Source: Takakia lepidozioides
Taxonomy: Eukaryota; Plantae; Bryophyta
Direction: 5' to 3'
Assembly: GCA_030704615.1 (NCBI GenBank)
Contig: CM060734.1
Span: 59,458,001-59,522,000 of the forward strand
Length of the DNA: 64,000 bases
This document shows positions 8,961 through 27,925 of this stretch, piece after piece; position 1 is the stretch's first letter, and every line of letters starts with the position of its first letter. The position numbers and the translations under genes are program-made. Below the pieces are notes generated by a model. It was not told where the DNA came from. It saw nothing but the letters and a program-made list of their open reading frames with translations, and ran no database searches.

Positions 8961-11900
8961 TAAGGTCGTTAATAGTACAGCCCCCTCCTGTGAGCAGAGG
9001 TAATAAATTCGAAACACCATGCGTAATATGATCCCAACCATACCTTAAGGAAGAAGCTGGCAGGATGTACGCCAACATGGGACGCTCTAGGAAAGCCCCG
9101 TTCTCCCATACACAGGTTAAGATTTCCGAAGAGGGGTTGATGAACCGCTTCCTCAAAGCAGGTGGGTTTGCTTTGTGCCAGATGCGGCCTCATGGAGTTC
9201 CACGCGGCCCAGATCGATTTCCAGGCAGACGAGTCCCTGCCTTTAGTTTTGACTTGGCCCTGGACCATCCATTTAAGAGAGGGCGCCCAGGAGCTAGAGC
9301 TGGAAGGAAAAGCATTAATCAGATGTTCCCTCAGTAACATGCACCAAGGGCTGTCCCCAAAACGAAGAGCCCTAGGAATCCACATGGCGAGCAGCGCAGA
9401 AATTTGATTGTAGGGGTCAATCAGCCCAAGGCCTCCCTCCTTCCGAGGTCTGCGAATTTGAGCCCAGGAAACCAAGCCCTCTTGGTGGGTGCAGAAGGGG
9501 AAGCCCCCCACAAGAAGTTTCTCATCATAGCCTTGATTTTTGCTATGAGCTTCGATCCTGGGGACCAGACTGAAGCTGAGAACCAAATGGAGGCAAGCAT
9601 AATTTAATTAAGCACAAGTGCCCTACCTGCGATGGAGAGCACGACAGAGCTCCAGAATGCGAGCTTGTTACGGAGCCTTTGCAGTATTGTCATACCTCTG
9701 CTCCTCCGTTAGGCCAATCCCCACCTGGAAGCCAAGCAGGGTATGCACTGTACCAGGTTGAAGCCATCTGAGCCCCCAGTCCTGTCCCCAAGGAGGGCCA
9801 TGTCTTGTGGAGACACTGGGAAGGAAGCCCAACTGATTTATTCCAGTTCACCTTAAGCCCGGAGGCAGAGCATAAGAGCTGAAGAGCTTCACAAGCTCTA
9901 TTAATATTGGCCTCTCGTTGTTTAGCAGCAGAGTAGTTTCATCAGCATACATGGACAGTTTAACAGACGAATCATGAGATACCTTCAGACCCACTATGTC
10001 TTGTCTATAATCTAGATTATGCCCCAAAGCATCTGCTGCTATTAGGAATAGATAGGGGGGCAGGGGGCAACCTTGTCTAACAGACCTGTGAAGTGCAAAA
10101 GGTTTGGATATAGCTCCATTGACAGAAACTTTGCTAGATGTGGAGCTTAGTAGAAGTCTCACCCACCTTGAAAAGATCTCTGGCATACCAATTTTATCCA
10201 AAACTTTATGCAGGAAGCCCCAATCTATATTATCAAAGGCTTTTTCAAAATCTAGCATTAGAATTGCTAGAGGCTGCCCTAAGCATTTGGCCTTGTGCAT
10301 GGCCTCGTGAATGAGGAGAAGATTGTCCAGGATCATTCTTCCTTTGAGGAAACCGGTTTGCTCTGGCCCGATAATCCGCAAGAGCGTCGGTTGGAGCCTT
10401 AATGCCGGGGCCTTGGCAATGATCTTGTAAGTGGTACTTAGTAAAGTGATAGGCCTATAGTTGGATAACGCACTCCTGTCTCCTTTTTAAAAAAATCAGA
10501 ATGATTAGACTAGCGGACATTTGTGATGGCATGATGCCTTGTTTATAATGTCCCCAGCCATAGCCACAAAGTCATCCACTATTGTTTGCCAAAGTGCTTT
10601 AAAAAACTCTATAGTACTGTCTCGCGGATCTACTACTATCCCCCCATACTTGGGCACTATCATCCACGAAAACCCTTGCTTCCATTCCTCAAACTAATTG
10701 GAATGGTGTATACTTGGTGGTGACTTTATATGAAGTTCTGTATGACCACAAAACTGTCAACAACTTTGTATCCCATTCTGTTCTGTTTGCATTGACTATC
10801 TTAACCAAGATAATACATAGTATTTTGTTGGTGGCCTCTACCTGCCCATTGCCGTGTGGGTAATAGGTTGTACTCTTCCTGTGCACAATTTTAGGCCTGG
10901 CATTTTGCCAGATTTCAGGGAGTTCACGGCATGGGCTAGCTCCGAATTAGAGAGCGGGGCAGCCAATTCTTCTTTCTCTTCCCCATTGAGAAGCGATGGA
11001 ATGTGCTGCAAAATGTGCTCAGATGCCTGATCCGCTGCTGCAGAAGTAGCCCTTTTGGAGAAGAGGGAGACAAAGTGTTTCTCTGCAATGAGAGCCATAT
11101 CTTTGGGAGCAGTAGCAATAGAGGAGGCCATCCTCCTTTGTTTGGCCTTAATGAAAAAATACCTAGACATTTTCTCACCCTTCAGAGACCAATTGACACC
11201 CGCTTTGAGCTTCATGACATTCTCCCTTTCCTGCTTAAAGTACCAAAGATTAGACTCAGCTGTATTATAACTTGCTAGAGTGCTTCACCATTTTCCAAAA
11301 GGTGTTGACAGAGCTGCAGACACTTTTTCTTTTTGCAAGAGAGCAAGTGCTAGGTCCCTTGAGAGTTTCTGGGCCTTGCTCCTCACAGCTTCCAGCTTGG
11401 CGATAAATCTGAGCGTGGGCGACTCATAACTATTCCCTGCAGAGGACCAGGTTTGAGCTAGGGCCCTGCTAGGGCTTCACCTAAGACTGGAGACTTAAGC
11501 AAGGAAGGGTTAAGCTTGAAGAAACTTGATTTTGACCATTCTGAGGTTCTCTCTCTTTTTGCTGGTCCTGAGTCTAGATCAGAAGCTGATTTGGCCCAAG
11601 GGATGATGCCACTCGTGCAATATACCCTGTCCAGCCTAGCCATTACTAAGTCTGGGGGTGCCCTACAGTTAGTCCAGGAAAATCGCAGACCATTGTCCCT
11701 AGGCACAGAGATGTCAATGAGACCAACAAAAAAACACAACTCTTCCCATGCATTCAGCTCTTTAGGAGTAAGATTGGTAGTGGACGGATCCAGTCTATCC
11801 GCCGTCCTATCCATCATATTGAAGTCCCCTGCCAAAATCCATTGGTCTATGCCTTGGGTTTGCAGAATTTTATCCTGAATGAATTGCCAAAATGAAATTC

Positions 11901-13400
11901 TATCAGCTAAAACATTCGGAGCATAGATATTTATGAATCCAATTTTCCAATTCGATCCTGGCATTGAAATAAGGCCGAACTGGACTCTGCCCACCATCCA
12001 CGATTGCACATTCGAAATGTGTGGGGCCAGATTTGGGGAGACAAGCACTGCTGTTCCTCCACGAGAGCCTTCCACCGTTCTATTCCACCAAGCCAGGTTA
12101 GAAGGCCAAAACATTTGTCCAAGAGAAAAGATTTTGGAGTCGTTTTGCTTATGCTCCTGCAAGAAGATGATAGAGTTATCCGACAGATGCGAGGCATCCC
12201 AACGCTTGAGTCTGGATCTTTTGGGGGCTGTGGCATCAGACCCTATCCCCCATATGTTCCATGATCTAATGTTAAAAAACATCAACAGGGGGAGAAGGGC
12301 CCCAGATGGAGTCTCGAAATGATGGCCCGGAGGAGGAATAGAAGAAGCAGATCTTCTGTCATAGGGAGGGAGGGAGGAAACCCAACAGAGACCAGGGGAA
12401 GGGGAGGAGGAAGAAGCGAGCTCAATAGCCCCCACTTGGATACTTCCCTTCTTCTAAAGCAACAAACTGTCTTTTTTCCCTGGTAATGATATAAGTATCT
12501 CGGATTGTCTCTCTAAAACCCAGAACATAGGCAAATTGCAACAACAGATTTTCTGTTAAACAGTTCAGCTCCGAGTCTATAGATAAATGAGGTAGCAACT
12601 TGCCATTGTAGTTCAAACTTACCAGTACCTGACATCTGCGCGGCTGATTGGACTCAAAGCATCAGATAAACAGGGGGCGGGCACAGTAAGCCAAGCTTAC
12701 CATAGAGGTCGAGGGCGAGGGCGTGGGAGCCATAGGCGAGAGCCTGGCGGTCTTGGTCGTTTTGGCATATGGGACAAAAGCGGCTTCATCTTCTTTACGG
12801 GCTGGGGATGACTGAGGTGGTGAAACTGCAGAGCCTAGAATAGCGTTAACTAGCATGAAACCAGCAAAGAGGGTTTTGCTGCTCTTTGGGAAACCCCCCG
12901 CCGAGCCATCAAAGAGATCCTTCCTGCTGATCCAGTCGAAAGATGTGGCAGACCCTACATCCTTCACAGTGTCCTCCCAACGAAATGCCAGCAACGTGTG
13001 TACTGTGGAGCATGAGTCAAACTCCGCCGAGTTTCCCAGAACGCTCCGAAATGCACAGTAGTGTCGCTTGAGAGATGAAATTGAAAGGGATGCTCTTTGA
13101 AGATATTTCCAACGAGCTTGAGAGAGGGCTCCACTTCCTTGGACGCCGCGTAATAAGTGGCATGGTGGGTCACTATCCATGACCCTGTCAAGCCCTCTGA
13201 GCCATTAGTGAGAAGAATGGAAGGTGGGTTTGAAGGACCACTAAAACGTCCATAGATGATAGGCGTGACCTTCACCACAGCTTGGTTTTTGCGGACAGCG
13301 CTCTCTGGAGTCCAGTCGCACAGCTGGAGGTGAGCAAAGGAAATTGCAGGCATCTCGTGGCCAAGTTTATCTGTGGGTCCTCAAGCGTATAGGAAAAAGG
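8961..13400 (-). mobile_element. L1-clade LINE, degenerate and 3'-truncated
   Basis: APE endonuclease (SWNIWG, FLQEHK, INIYAPN, LAGDFN, RLDRVY; ~11600-12270); RT (EQTGFLKGR, LDFEKAFD, VRQGCPL, MYADE; 9848-10600); KEGGLGL motif; possible ORF1 remnants at 12422-13353 (weak). Confidence 0.9.
10620..10892 (-). mobile_element. Ty3/gypsy integrase fragment inserted in LINE ORF2
   Basis: HRKSTTYYPHGNGQVEATNK..LWSYRTSYK..TPFQLV lies between LINE GKMPG and TIEFFKALW. Confidence 0.8.
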
Positions 13401-13934
13401 ACAGAAATCAAACACTGCTGGGGGGTGACGGGAGGAGGGCTTTCCTGATCAGGAGGCAGCAGCATGAGCCGCGGGCGAGGAGGCGGAGAAGACACCGAGG
13501 GTGAACCAGTTCGCTTTCGCTTAGCTAAGGAAAAGCTGACATAGTTATAAAGAAAAAGAAAAAGAAACATAGTACCTTACGGCTACTAACGGGCTGTAAA
13601 CTGTACTGTTAATTAACAGGAAGTATGTTGCGATCGTTAGTTGACGGAAAGCCTGCACTAAGTTTTAGGTCATATCCGTCCCCCTCCGTCTGTCTCTTCC
13701 TTTTGCCACTCTCTTCTCACCCTTGGGGGGGGGCTTCCCTGCTCTATGTTCTCATCAACTGTCTCCTCCGCCCACAGCTTTTGTGTTTTCCCTGCTTATG
13801 TTCTTCATTGCTTCAATTTCATGGTGAGGTGGTTCCTCTGGGCTGTGCTCCAGGGCTGCAATGTTCCTTAAGAGATAGCCTGTATCTGGTTAATGTTTTG
13901 AAGAAGGCGCTGCTGCGCAGGGACAAGAAATTAG

Positions 13935-19240
<5,306 letters not shown>

Positions 19241-22200
19241 GACAGACAAAAGGAGCACCGGTAATGATATGTTGAAGAAAGCAAGTGATTGCTGCAACAA
19301 CTTTTTATCAGAACTCGGGTATGGATGAGTGCCATTGGCTTTGGTGTTGACCCTCTAAAGGTTAAAGATCATCACTTTGGAGACAAATGTCCAAATTGCG
19401 GCTATTTGGTTGGTGGAGGTACGGGCACCTTGTCCTTTTTTTTACCAATGGGTGTCATCGAACTCGCCAAGGTAGTCTGGATATTGTGCCAGCATGGATG
19501 GTCTTGGTTGAATACACCACCCAGCCCAGCCTCTTACCCCAATGTGTATTTTAAAGGGAAACAAATGAACAGTTTTGTTTTTATTGAAGACATGTAGTCG
19601 AAGTGCTGGGATGTTTTCCATTGAATGATTTTTGGAGGCAAGCCAAATGCTGTACACAGCACTTCCGGCCCAGGTTATGGACGTTGGATTATGAGCCTTC
19701 AGCGGTAGATTTCATGAGACTGCAGCCAATCTGAACCATGGGAGTGAGTTACACCCACTCAAGGCACTCACATGGTTGACAATGTAATGTTATGCCATGA
19801 CACATTTACTTAGATGTTAGATGCAAGGTGATGCATATAGTTGTGGTTAATAGGAAGATGGTCAACAGTTGTCCCCGTGACTTGGAAACTGTAACTAGAA
19901 TCCTCATACATTGGCAGCAATGCTCATTCGGAGAAGTCCAATGCATATTCTTCAGTTTGGAGCAGTGTTTCAAGAAAGGGTAGGCCAGTATCTAGCTGCT
20001 TGGATCAAAGCAACTTTTCAGGACTGAAAAATGCAAATGACCAGTATGGTGTTCATGAGAAGTGATTGGTCTGGGAAGCAGCGGTCATGACAAAATGTAA
20101 ATTCAAGTATATGGATGGTGAGGGAGGGGCACGGACTTGTTGGTGTTGTAGATGAGATTGGAAGTCCTTGGACAAGTGGCATGTCCAGGCAAAGTTGTGG
20201 TAGACCGTGGCAAGGGTTTGTGAGGGCCAAGGGGGGATCACATGGACGGGTGGTCTACCTTGGAATATGGCAGCATTTATGAGGTTGAACTGGCTGGATG
20301 TAGGGTTTGATAGTTTGAAGGTATCAGACTCCTTGATTGTGGTTATTTGGAGGCCTTGTAGCATAGGGTGCATGCAATGTAGGAGAAGGTGTGGCCATGC
20401 GTCTACTTGGGGAGGTCGGGCATTACACATCACATCCTATAATGTGTGTTGGGGTATAATGTAGTCCAGAATAAGTGTCTTTGGTTATCCATATATTGTC
20501 CATGTTGAATTTTGAGTGTTTGCTTAATTTGTGAATATGTTATGGTGTTAGATGTGCAAAAGTGGTTTAATAGGCTATGTAGGAGATGCGGGGAGGAAAC
20601 CCATTTGGATATTCATGAGTTTGTGTAGGTGCGAGAGGCTTGAATTTGCTCTTTGGTTTATTTTGCGATAAACATGTGTAGTTCTCATGTAGGAGTTATC
20701 TCTGGGAATCGAGCATTGGTAGATGACAGACAAAAATGACGAAACCACCCCTTACTTCAAAACTGTTAGGATCTTTTGTGGCCTCTACTTGATTATAATC
20801 TCCCAACTTTTGCAGTGGATTTGTCTCAACAGTTTTTGGGTTGAACATCAAGCCAAGGTTATGTAGCTATGGTGCTTGGTGGTAACACAGATCTTTCAAC
20901 AAAGATTGACAAGTTGAGAATGATAGTTGCACCTGGCAACCATAAGCAACCTATAAATTAGCATTTTGATGGTGGGATTGTGTACAAGAGCCCCTACTCT
21001 TGCAGTTTTCCACTCTTTCTTCCCTTCTATCAGGCGAACATTTGTTGATCAGCATTTAGTAGTAGTGGACATCTATCACTACAAGATTCAAAAACAAATC
21101 TTGGACCACTATGTGATCACACCCATCTCCAAACTGTTCTCAAATTACACATACAATGCCTCTCAAATGGATCCTCCTGAGCAACATGCCTATGGAGTGG
21201 AAGAAATCTGCTTTCTTCTTACTTGATAGAGCTACACTTTGTCATCACACTTTCAAGTCATGGTAGCTTGACCAGTAATGTGGAGCATCTACTTCAGAGC
21301 AATGTATCTTATTGTATTGGTTTTTGAGATATTATAGGTAATCAAACACAAATGATATGTATAAGGCCGGGTGATGTTTGTGCAGATTGGAAGAAGTCAT
21401 GCTTATGGTTGGGTCTAGGGTAACCACCAGTCATGCCGCATTTCGAGCTGGGAGAAAGAGGGAAGGAATGGATGTGCAAGGGATGAATGTTGTCCAGCAG
21501 ACATGACGAAAACAGGTTGACACTTTCATTTTGGGGCTCTGGATGACGGATGCATGAGCGGAGGCACATCACAAACTTGGATGAAACTGGCACAGTTCAT
21601 CCAGCGCCAGAGGGAAAAGGGGTTTAGTTGGTAGCAGCTAAGTTTGGAGCAGCTAAAAGCTAGAAGGATATCACATGCGGAGCCGAAGGAGGATTTAAAG
21701 AGGACAGATGAGGGAAGAGGACACCAGGGTCTTGGGAGTGAGATGGTGAGAAGTAGGTTGATTGTATCCCAAACATGATGGGAAGTAAATGATGAGGTTA
21801 CGATCCATTTGCTCAAGTTCTTTTGGTCTGAAAGTATGGGCTGCAGAATCCTTTTGTTGAGAAATTGATGTTGTCCAGAGTATCTTGAAAGCATCATTGC
21901 AGCAAAGATTTTCAGATGTGAGTAGAGCAGCAGAATGAGTGTACTGATTACAAGTTGATAGCAACATGATGTAGCAATCATGTTTTCGTCCCAAGTACTG
22001 ACCTCATTCAAATAGATGGCATCATGGGCAATGAGAGAGCTTACCACATATACGGGTCATTTCAGATAGCCTGCACTAATTTCAGTCTTGAGACAGATAG
22101 GCATTCCACATGAGTGCTGTAGTTTCCAGGAATGTGAATGTATTAAGAAATGATGTCCAAAAGGCAAGGAACATGAGGCTCCATCTATCAAGCAGCCATT

Positions 22201-23487
22201 GTGACGCAACCACGATGGAGGTCAAGATCTGAAGAACAAGAAAGTGCTGCCAGCAGGGAAGGGAGTCTTCGGATCAGATTATGCCAACCAGTGCTGGTTT
22301 TCCCCTTCTCCATGGATGGTAAAAATACAAAACAGCAGAAACAGTAAGCAAACAACAAAGGGAATTACCCCAACTAGGTAGATTCAGTCTTCAGCAGGCA
22401 TGTGACATAGATATTGCTTTCTCTTTAGGTGCTATCTATGCCACGGACTAACCAGGATTGCTCAAAGTAAAGCTCATGCAGGACCCCTCTTTTTACTCTA
22501 CATGGATTCAAAGATGCATAGTCTGATAAAATCTGTCAGACTAGGCACCGGAGGTTTTTTGAAATTTGTTGGGTGTGAGAGTCTTGAAAATAGATTGATC
22601 AAGTCAAGGTTTCTTGTACGGGCTTGTACGTACGTTCCAACCGGTGAGATCACCAAGTTTTTTCGAGTGCGATGCTCCAATCTCAGTTGAAGCATAGACA
22701 ACATCAGAGTATACTCGTATGCTCACTAATCCGCACGTCTTTAGTGGCAGTTGCTAGCCTCTGCCACGGCAGCCATAGTCATGTCAAACACAGGAACCGA
22801 GACCTTCTACCTAGGGACTCGTGAAGCTGCGAGTTCTGCAAGCTACCTGCTGATGGCGAATGTGAAAATCGTTGCTGCTTTCCACGTCCAAGCAGAGCAA
22901 AATTTGTGCTGAACATTCATTGAGATTATGTAAGTACCTACTTGTCAGCATGCCAGGCGCTGCTAGTGCAGTTACAGTCCCCGCTCCTGATAGTCTCTTA
23001 CGTCCTCCTTACGTCATGATGAGATCAAGCATGCATGCACTCACCTTTAAACCACAAACATTTAGAAAGGAAGACCGATCAACAAACAGCTGAAAAATGT
23101 CCACAGAATTTATTGACATGTGTACATAACTAGTTGTAAACATCGTTTCTGTGCCGCCCTTGAATCTGCTCAGCTGTGTGTGTTTATAATTTGTGGTCAT
23201 TAAAGTCGACCGACATGATATGACTGGCAGCATAGTGGTCCAGATGAAAGTCAAACATTTACACACGTAGCTCCAGTTCTACGATGACATCAAATTCTCA
23301 ATTGATAAGAGCTAAGTATTCCTGCCGTCACAAATTCCACTAGTGACTTGCAAGCTGAACTGGACACTCATGTGCATCTATTTGCACAGCTAGAAACAGA
23401 AACTGTGCCAGCCCACATATATGTATATGCTTCGAATGGACGCTGGAGGCATGCGTGATTGCGAGTGCTCATCCATCCAAGCTCAAT

Positions 23488-24878
23488 TCAGCCAAATGGG
23501 CTGAAGACGGCAGCTTTCAGTATATCAATCGTGGACTGGTTGACATTGAATGACGCTGTGAGTACCGCGTCACTGATGTTGGTTGCAAGCAGCTGCTCGA
23601 TAGGAGCTGGAATTGTAGGATTTTGGCCATTGAAACTGTTAAGAGACGCTGCTGGACCATCACCCACATTGATTTGAAAGTGTAGTGTTGCTTTTGGGAA
23701 AACGTACATACCGCCGGCGGTTAAAGTTTCTGCATACAATACACCTTCGAAGCTCACAAATCCAGTGTAGATCGTTCCATAAAGTACATAAATCGTTTCG
23801 GTCGCAAGGGGGTGAGTGTGTGGTACAATAACACCTCCAGGAGCAAAATCCAGTTTTGCATGTGCAATCCCCAGCGTGTTGAGGCCTGGAAACTGGCGGA
23901 TGGTCGCAAATGTCACAACTGCTTTGGTTTGAGAGGTGTTCGGATCCACTGAAAGCATCAAACCAAAGTGTTACAAATAAAGGAACACGTACCAGTTGGT
24001 CAGTTTTTAACTAAAGTTTTCAGACGGCCCGAGGTGAATGCTGAACATTTCCCATGCTGAGTTGTTCCTGAAATGTGCTTTACTACAGCAGATTACTTAC
24101 GGGCGCACTGATCGATACGCAGGCCTGGATCTGCATGACCTCCATTAGCTATAAAATTTACTGAATCGCTGTTGTTCAATCCTCTGTCCACAAGGATCTC
24201 GATTTCTTGTGGTGTTAGTCAAGATGTTTACTCTCTTTAAACTAATGTGCACGAAGCACCTTACGTTCATGTTGATGTGGCGATGTTCCTTCGAGAACAA
24301 TATATTCGTAAATACAGCTCAGTGACCCACATACAAGAAGTAGAGTTCACCATCACCATAGATCTCTGTAGCAAACAGCGCTGTATAAAAAGCCTGTGAA
24401 GGGAAGTAGTTGCACGTGCGCAGAATTATACCATCGCTATATAAGAGATTTGACATTTTGGCGAGCTCATAGTCTGGGAATGGTTAGATTCAGGTTCCAT
24501 CAAGCTTCGTAGTCCATACATTACAACCGCAAATATGAATAAGATTCAAAGCTGCCAAACGCTCAAGAGACGCTCAACAGTCTATAAATTGTGGAATGGA
24601 ATCCTTCAAACAATGTGCTCCCAGGTGGTAAACGTGAAGTGCGTAATACCTTTTGCCTGGAAGTTATTGAACAAAAAGTCTTGGGAGGTGACCTCCGCAG
24701 GGTCTTTGCACGCGAACCCATTCATCCGGGGCGCAGATTGGTTGAAGTCGGCTACACAGAAAGTTTGCAACATGTCTGCGTCTGTCGCACTCACTCTTAC
24801 AAGTCCAGGCTCCAAGCACACAGTCCATAGGACAACCCACAGCCCCACCCAAAGCATGCTTTTGGGAGCAGTGGCCAT
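23488..24878 (-). CDS. Germin-like protein (cupin), 229 aa. Exons 24878-24650 and 23948-23488
   Basis: Signal peptide, box A LQTFCVAD..NGFACK, box B GGVIVPHTHPLATE, box C VFPKATLHFQIN; a phase-1 GT-AG intron joins the exons in frame (690 nt). Confidence 0.95.
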
Positions 24879-25072
24879 TGTCGAGTTGCTCTTTCTAAGA
24901 AGCAGTAGGAATCGAAGAAACAAAGAAAGATTTAGAACTTAAAGTGTATATATACCTTCCACCAGAGAGAGAAGATGGTGAACGAGGGATGGAGAGAGAG
25001 AAGACGGTTGGGTGTAGTGAGGGAGGGGATGGAGATACAAAGAGAGAGGAGTGACTGAGAGGGCCCTCCCAC

Positions 25073-25078
25073 TTTATA
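25073..25078 (-). promoter_or_regulatory. Putative TATA box of the germin-like gene
   Basis: TATAAA on the minus strand, followed by a CT-rich leader, ~195 bp upstream of the ATG. Confidence 0.45.
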
Positions 25079-27635
25079 CTTGGTGCCACCTGCAACACCT
25101 TCCCCTCACCAAGTTACCCCTGTTCAGTTAATAGTAATAGTTAATACGTTGCTCAAACACTTGTCAATTTGGATGCGCCAATCATATGCAGCCGTACATA
25201 ATATTTGTTCCGGAATTGAAGGTAAGTAGTTACGAGGCAAGAACGCGGTCTGTACTTTCCTTGGATTCGAAATATGGCGAAAATTCGCCACTAAGAAAAA
25301 ACTGACTCGTCCCCTCTCGACCCCACCCGCGCTTACCTCGGATCACTATTAAATACTTCGTAAGCCAAAATTTGTCGAGCAACGGTGAGCATCCTAGTGC
25401 TACGATGCTGGACGTGTAAGCAGTGAGGTGTTGGGCTCAATTCTTCTTGGGAGGTGTCAGGTGTAACCCCGGATTATGGGACTCCTGTTCTGTGTAACCC
25501 CAGGTGGATGTAAGCCTGGCTAGTCTCACCCTTGTCTTGTGTAACACCTTGTCGACCATTTATACTTAAGGTAGACAAATCTAAGATGGCTTGTTCGCAT
25601 GGATAGAATGATCAAGAAAAAACTGAGAACAATTTTCATGGATTAGAAAATAAATAAAAAATAAGATGTAACTTGTTTCATGCATTATTGGTAAGATATG
25701 AAATTGATATGATTTTTAAAGTCTGGTAGTACTAGACACCTATTTCAAAAGTCATAGATTAAGCTTAAGCATCCAAGCTTCTTCAGGAGATTGTGCGAAC
25801 GCATCGCGAGGGCTTCAGGAAACTGCGGGGAAACATTCCTTGCGATGAGATGAGCAGACTCACGAGGCTAATGCTGTTTTATCTTAGAAACAGGATGTGC
25901 GTTGTCCATTATCTAGCATATTATAACGTTGATATTGGGCCAATCAGGAGGCATGTCTGCAATCAGCTCTAAGCACCACTGGGTCATGACCCTGGACTTT
26001 TGTGACGTGGAGAGTGATATTCTGTAAGTGGTTACTGCGTTATCCATTTATAGTTTTTATGTGGTCCTAAAGTGGACATCAAGTTAGCCTATTATGAATT
26101 AACTCTTACCTAAAAAGGACGCCAAGTGGACAAGAATGTGGCCCACCAGCAAACTAGAATATCAAAGTGCACAGCTTCCAAAAGTCCCGGCTCGTGGCAG
26201 AATATCAAAAGTCCCGGCTCATGACCCAATATATATGCTTAAAACTGATTGCATAGATGCCTCATAATTGATGACAGTTTCGAACTCCTGCCCACATGGA
26301 ACAAATGCCCTGGTTCCTTGCACTGGAGCAAGTAGATAAGCTTATACAAAAGCTGGTCCTGGCCTTCGGCAGTCTCACTGGTATTATCCCTAAAGCCTCC
26401 TCCCAGATAGACCCGAAGTTGGATGCTTTGCAATTCGAAACAGTTAGAAAAAGGCAAAGATCTGGCCTTCGTGAGCCAGCCAGCCAACTTGACTCCCCAT
26501 TGTTGGCAAGATAAGCAAAAGGGTGCTGGGGGCAATCTCATCAAGCCCTGGCCAAGCATTCCCGCAATCTCCTGAAGTTTTGATGCTTAACTTAATCTAT
26601 TGGATTAATCCACTTCATATGGACATGTCAAAACCGTTTTCATATTGGTTATCATCCCTAAATGTAACAATGAGCTTCACCACACTTCATCACCAATAAT
26701 TCAAAATCTATCATCTCCCCGGCGCCGTAAATTTGAAGTTTGAAATCACTGTAATGCATATATTTAGTCACTAAAAGTGATATAAATAATTAGTTAATAA
26801 TTTGACATTAGGTATTTAATTACTCACCAGTTTCTCTTTAGCGGACTTTTTGGCATGCTGACCTATAAATCCTAATTATTGACATTTCTGTACCCTCCTT
26901 GAACCTAAATATATCATAGATAGGACTCATTGTGGTTGCACTTGCTTAGGGTTACTTTAAGGTCAAAGCATACCACTTTTTGATACAAAAATAGATCTCC
27001 ATTTAAGATCTGTGTCCATTTTAGGTTGGTCTATCTAGACACATTTTGGTGTAACCTACAGGATCACCCTGCCAAACAGGCTCTCACGGCGGAAGAGGAT
27101 AGAAGAAATTCTCCAAGATCTGAATCTAAATCAACAGGTCTTGACCCTAGGACTGCTGGATAAATTTAACTTAGAGGCTATAGTGTCCAAAGCCATGTAT
27201 GTTCTAGGAAATTGTCTAATGAAAATGAAGGTAGGCAGAAAACTTCTCTGAACTTGTTTTTGTGACATGGGTGAGGCCATCATGGATGACCTCAAGGGTT
27301 TACCCACTCTCGGAACTAGACAGAAATTTACGCCTACCTTTGAACAACAAACAGACGTAGAGAAGAAGGGGGATTGCAATGTCTATTGTATGGGCAACCG
27401 AAAGACAATATCCACTTTCTGATTCATTCAAGTCTTGGGTACTCTCACTGAAGTTCTCCCGGCTATGTAACCCGGTGTAACCCCAAGTGGAGTTTACACT
27501 CCCTCCCATGTGTAACCCAGTGTCACCCCGATTGGAGTTACACTCCTTCCAGTTCCATGTTACTTCCGTAGGAGTTGGGGAACATAATATGGCATGCCAG
27601 AAGCACCGTCCTATCACAGATTCCACAGATTGCAC

Positions 27636-27925
27636 GTGTGCATTAAGTTCTTACATTACTCGTAGTATTCTCCATTACAAGGCCCTACATTCAACTAACC
27701 AATGGATCTGTGCATTAATTTCTGACATTAGTCCTCGTTTTCTCCGTTACCAGGCCCTACATTCAACAAACCAATGGATGTGTGCATTAAGTTCGTACAT
27801 TATTCCTCGCGTTTTCCGTCACAAGGCCCTACATTCAACAAACCAATGGATGTGTGCTTCAAGTTCTTACATTATTCCTCGTGTTCTCCGTTTCGATGCC
27901 CTACATTCAACAAACCAATGGATGT
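27636..27925. repeat. Minisatellite, 4 x 72 bp
   Basis: GCCCTACATTCAAC.AACCAATGGAT recurs every 72 bp. Confidence 0.9.

Noticed and set aside
20018-22300. Possible old LINE remnants on the minus strand
   Set aside because: Only vague similarity; no diagnostic motif readable
25275-25290. Small hairpin TGGCGAAAATTCGCCA upstream of the germin gene
   Set aside because: Single occurrence; could be a tiny TE end, but no partner terminus found
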